NCBI GenBank assembly: GCA_037446635.1
Contig: JBBIIG010000025.1
Span: 1-58,334 of the forward strand
Direction: 5' to 3'
DNA length: 58,334 nucleotides
From: a bacterium
GTDB lineage: Bacteria; Zhuqueibacterota; Zhuqueibacteria; Oceanimicrobiales; Oceanimicrobiaceae
The stretch's first letter is position 1. Every line of letters begins with the position of its first letter. Under the pieces are notes generated by a model that searched no databases, was not told the DNA's origin, and saw nothing but the letters and a program-made list of their open reading frames with translations. Positions 56,576-58,334 of the stretch are shown piece after piece. A program made the translations under genes and the position numbers.

Positions 56576-57423
56576 TGATTTTTGGCGATTGCCAACCCAA
56601 TCCCGCCGAGTATCAGAACCGCCGAAATTAGCAAACGCAGCGAAATATCCTCAGAAAGAAAAATTACCCCGGCAAACGCCGCCAAAACCGGCACCGCTAA
56701 CTGCACCATCGCGGCGCGGGTGGCAGTCAGTCCTTTGAGTGCGGTGTACCAGATCACGTAGCCGATGCCGGAGGTGATGGCGCCGGATACCACTGCCAGG
56801 AGAATTCCGCTCGCTGTGAGTTTGTAAGTCTCAATCGTGAGCAAACTGACGGCAACGGCCAGCGGCACGGAGCGCACGAAATTGCTGGTGGTATCGAACA
56901 AAGCATGGTTCGCATTCCGGCCGTGCAGGGAATAGCCGCCCCACGCGATGCCCGCTGCCGCCATCAGCGCGGAGCCGACGGGCGACGGCGCCGTCAATCC
57001 CGGTGATACTAAGTACACAAGACCGACGAAAGCCACAAGTAATCCAAACCATGTTAACCGATGAGGGCGTTCTCCCAAGAAGAAGGCCCCAACAATCATC
57101 GTAGTCTGCACGCCGCCAAACAGAATCAGCGCGCCGGTGCCGATGCTCAGCGAGAGGTAGGCAAACGAAAATGCCACGGCGTAAAGAAAGAGCAGCGCCG
57201 CTGACGGCCAACTGCCGCCTGCCTGCGCAGGCAGGCGCGCCGGTGTTCCGGGATTTTTGCTGAACCACGCTGAAATTGCTGCCAATGCGACTGCTCCGGA
57301 CGTGAGGCGAATGGTGGAAAAGCTGGCCGCATCAATGGCGGCGTTGCCGAGCGCCAATCGGCACAACACGGAGTTGGCGGCAAAGGCAATGAGGGCAAGC
57401 AATGTGTAGGCAAATGTTTTCAA
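56548..57423 (-). CDS. EamA/DMT family transporter
   Basis: AFAANSVLCRLAL, FSTIRLTSGA, GTGALILFG, QLAVPVLAAFAGVIFLSE; about 10 TMs. Probable TTG start at 57423. Confidence 0.88.
   Translation of the reverse strand: MKTFAYTLLALIAFAANSVLCRLALGNAAIDAASFSTIRLTSGAVALAAISAWFSKNPGTPARLPAQAGGSWPSAALLFLYAVAFSFAYLSLSIGTGALILFGGVQTTMIVGAFFLGERPHRLTWFGLLVAFVGLVYLVSPGLTAPSPVGSALMAAAGIAWGGYSLHGRNANHALFDTTSNFVRSVPLAVAVSLLTIETYKLTASGILLAVVSGAITSGIGYVIWYTALKGLTATRAAMVQLAVPVLAAFAGVIFLSEDISLRLLISAVLILGGIGLAIAKNQDADFADER
57217..57236. repeat. 20-bp perfect palindrome GCCTGCCTGCGCAGGCAGGC inside the EamA CDS
   Basis: Identical to 47606-47625. Confidence 0.8.
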
Positions 57424-57444
57424 AAGGCCAATCTCTCTGGTGCA

Positions 57445-57613
57445 AATTTGAATGTCGAAAATCGAAACGCGTAACAAATCCCAAAATTCAAAAATCCGCC
57501 CTATGCGAGAAGAGAACATTCGAAATTGTTTCGGATTTCGATCTCCGAGTTTCAGGCTTCAATAGCCTAAAACAGCACCCCAATATGTGGGCTGCGCGAG
57601 CCTGCTCGCGCAG
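57445..57613. repeat. Inverted degenerate 7-mer arrays (tcgaaaa/tttcgga) plus GC-rich hairpin CTGCGCGAGC-CT-GCTCGCGCAG
   Basis: Periodic motifs at 57445-57560; hairpin at 57592-57613. Confidence 0.5.
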
Positions 57614-57659
57614 TGAGGTGCCATGAGCACAAATTCGAATTTTGCTAATTAGTGCCCTA

Positions 57660-58334
57660 TCAACTCAATGCGATCCTCTGGGGCGCCCGCACCCAAACAT
57701 ATTCCAAACAAAAAATTCCAATTAGAACTGACAAGCTGGGCAACAGAAGTCCATCGCCAAATATTAACCAAGCCAGCGGCAGCAGATTGCCGAGCATAAT
57801 CGCGCCTACCCAAAATGGCCGTGCGTATTCGCCTCTGACGATAATTTGTACCGCGCGCTTGGCATCCTGCGTGGGATGGGGTGTCACCAATTCAACCAGC
57901 ACGATTACCAAGTTGGCGGCAAGGGCAATCACCAAAGTTTGCGATACGAATTGTTGCCATGCGTTTGTTGAATCGACAAATGAAGTTGCCACTCCGAACA
58001 CCGCGGCGCCAGCCATCAGCGCGTGTACGAGCATGTGCAGCGCCAGCGTCGGACTTTGCCAAAAGTCACGGCCCTTAGCTTGCGCCAACAAAAACGCCGT
58101 GTACACGGCAACGATCACCGCCAGCGCCGCGCTGATCCAAAAAAGAATGAAAGTGAGTTGCTGCCAGTTGAGTGCGGCCGTGACTCCGAGAAAGGTCAAA
58201 CAGCAGCCGTAAAGCACTAGCGCGTAGCCGCCGCGCACTAGCCACGATCGCCATTGCGGCCGCAGCAGCACGTAGAGAACGCGGGTTGGCTTGTCGAGGT
58301 CTTTCACCAGCAGGGCAGTGGTGAAAATTAGAAA
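57660..58334 (-). CDS. NrfD/PsrC-family membrane anchor subunit (5'-truncated)
   Basis: LLVKDLDKPTR...RPQWRSWLVRG...YTAFLLAQAKGRDFW; multi-TM; upstream of the Mo enzyme; frame open to the window edge. Confidence 0.85.
   Translation of the reverse strand, partial: FLIFTTALLVKDLDKPTRVLYVLLRPQWRSWLVRGGYALVLYGCCLTFLGVTAALNWQQLTFILFWISAALAVIVAVYTAFLLAQAKGRDFWQSPTLALHMLVHALMAGAAVFGVATSFVDSTNAWQQFVSQTLVIALAANLVIVLVELVTPHPTQDAKRAVQIIVRGEYARPFWVGAIMLGNLLPLAWLIFGDGLLLPSLSVLIGIFCLEYVWVRAPQRIALS

Overview
Gene-dense window from a diderm bacterium. The many FlgD-Ig/T9SS-like C-terminal domains and PorV-family genes suggest an FCB-group lineage such as KSB1 or Calditrichota; this is inference only. Bases 1-36.8 kb hold two tandem, anciently diverged copies of one operon. 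Each copy has a giant Cys-rich FN3/Ig protein with a type-A-like secretion CTD, a second FN3/Ig protein with a different CTD subtype, a PorV/PorQ-family barrel with a helical C-terminal extension, ExbB/TolQ (one or two), two ExbD/TolR, a TonB-C-like protein and a ~1060 aa TPR+NHL protein. Copy 2 also carries two AT-rich genes and a TonB-C/ExbB fusion. This looks like an undescribed Ton/Tol-motor-coupled export or surface-display system for T9SS-type cargo. Bases 37-53 kb hold a VWA/OmpA + ECF sigma + zinc-finger anti-sigma + TPR-CHAT locus with envelope proteins. Bases 53-58 kb (minus strand) hold an NrfD + molybdopterin oxidoreductase operon interrupted by an EamA transporter and a repeat-flanked GxxExxY gene. 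Several small palindromic elements occur, including an identical 20-bp palindrome in-frame inside two unrelated genes. No rRNA, tRNA, CRISPR array or transposase was recognised.
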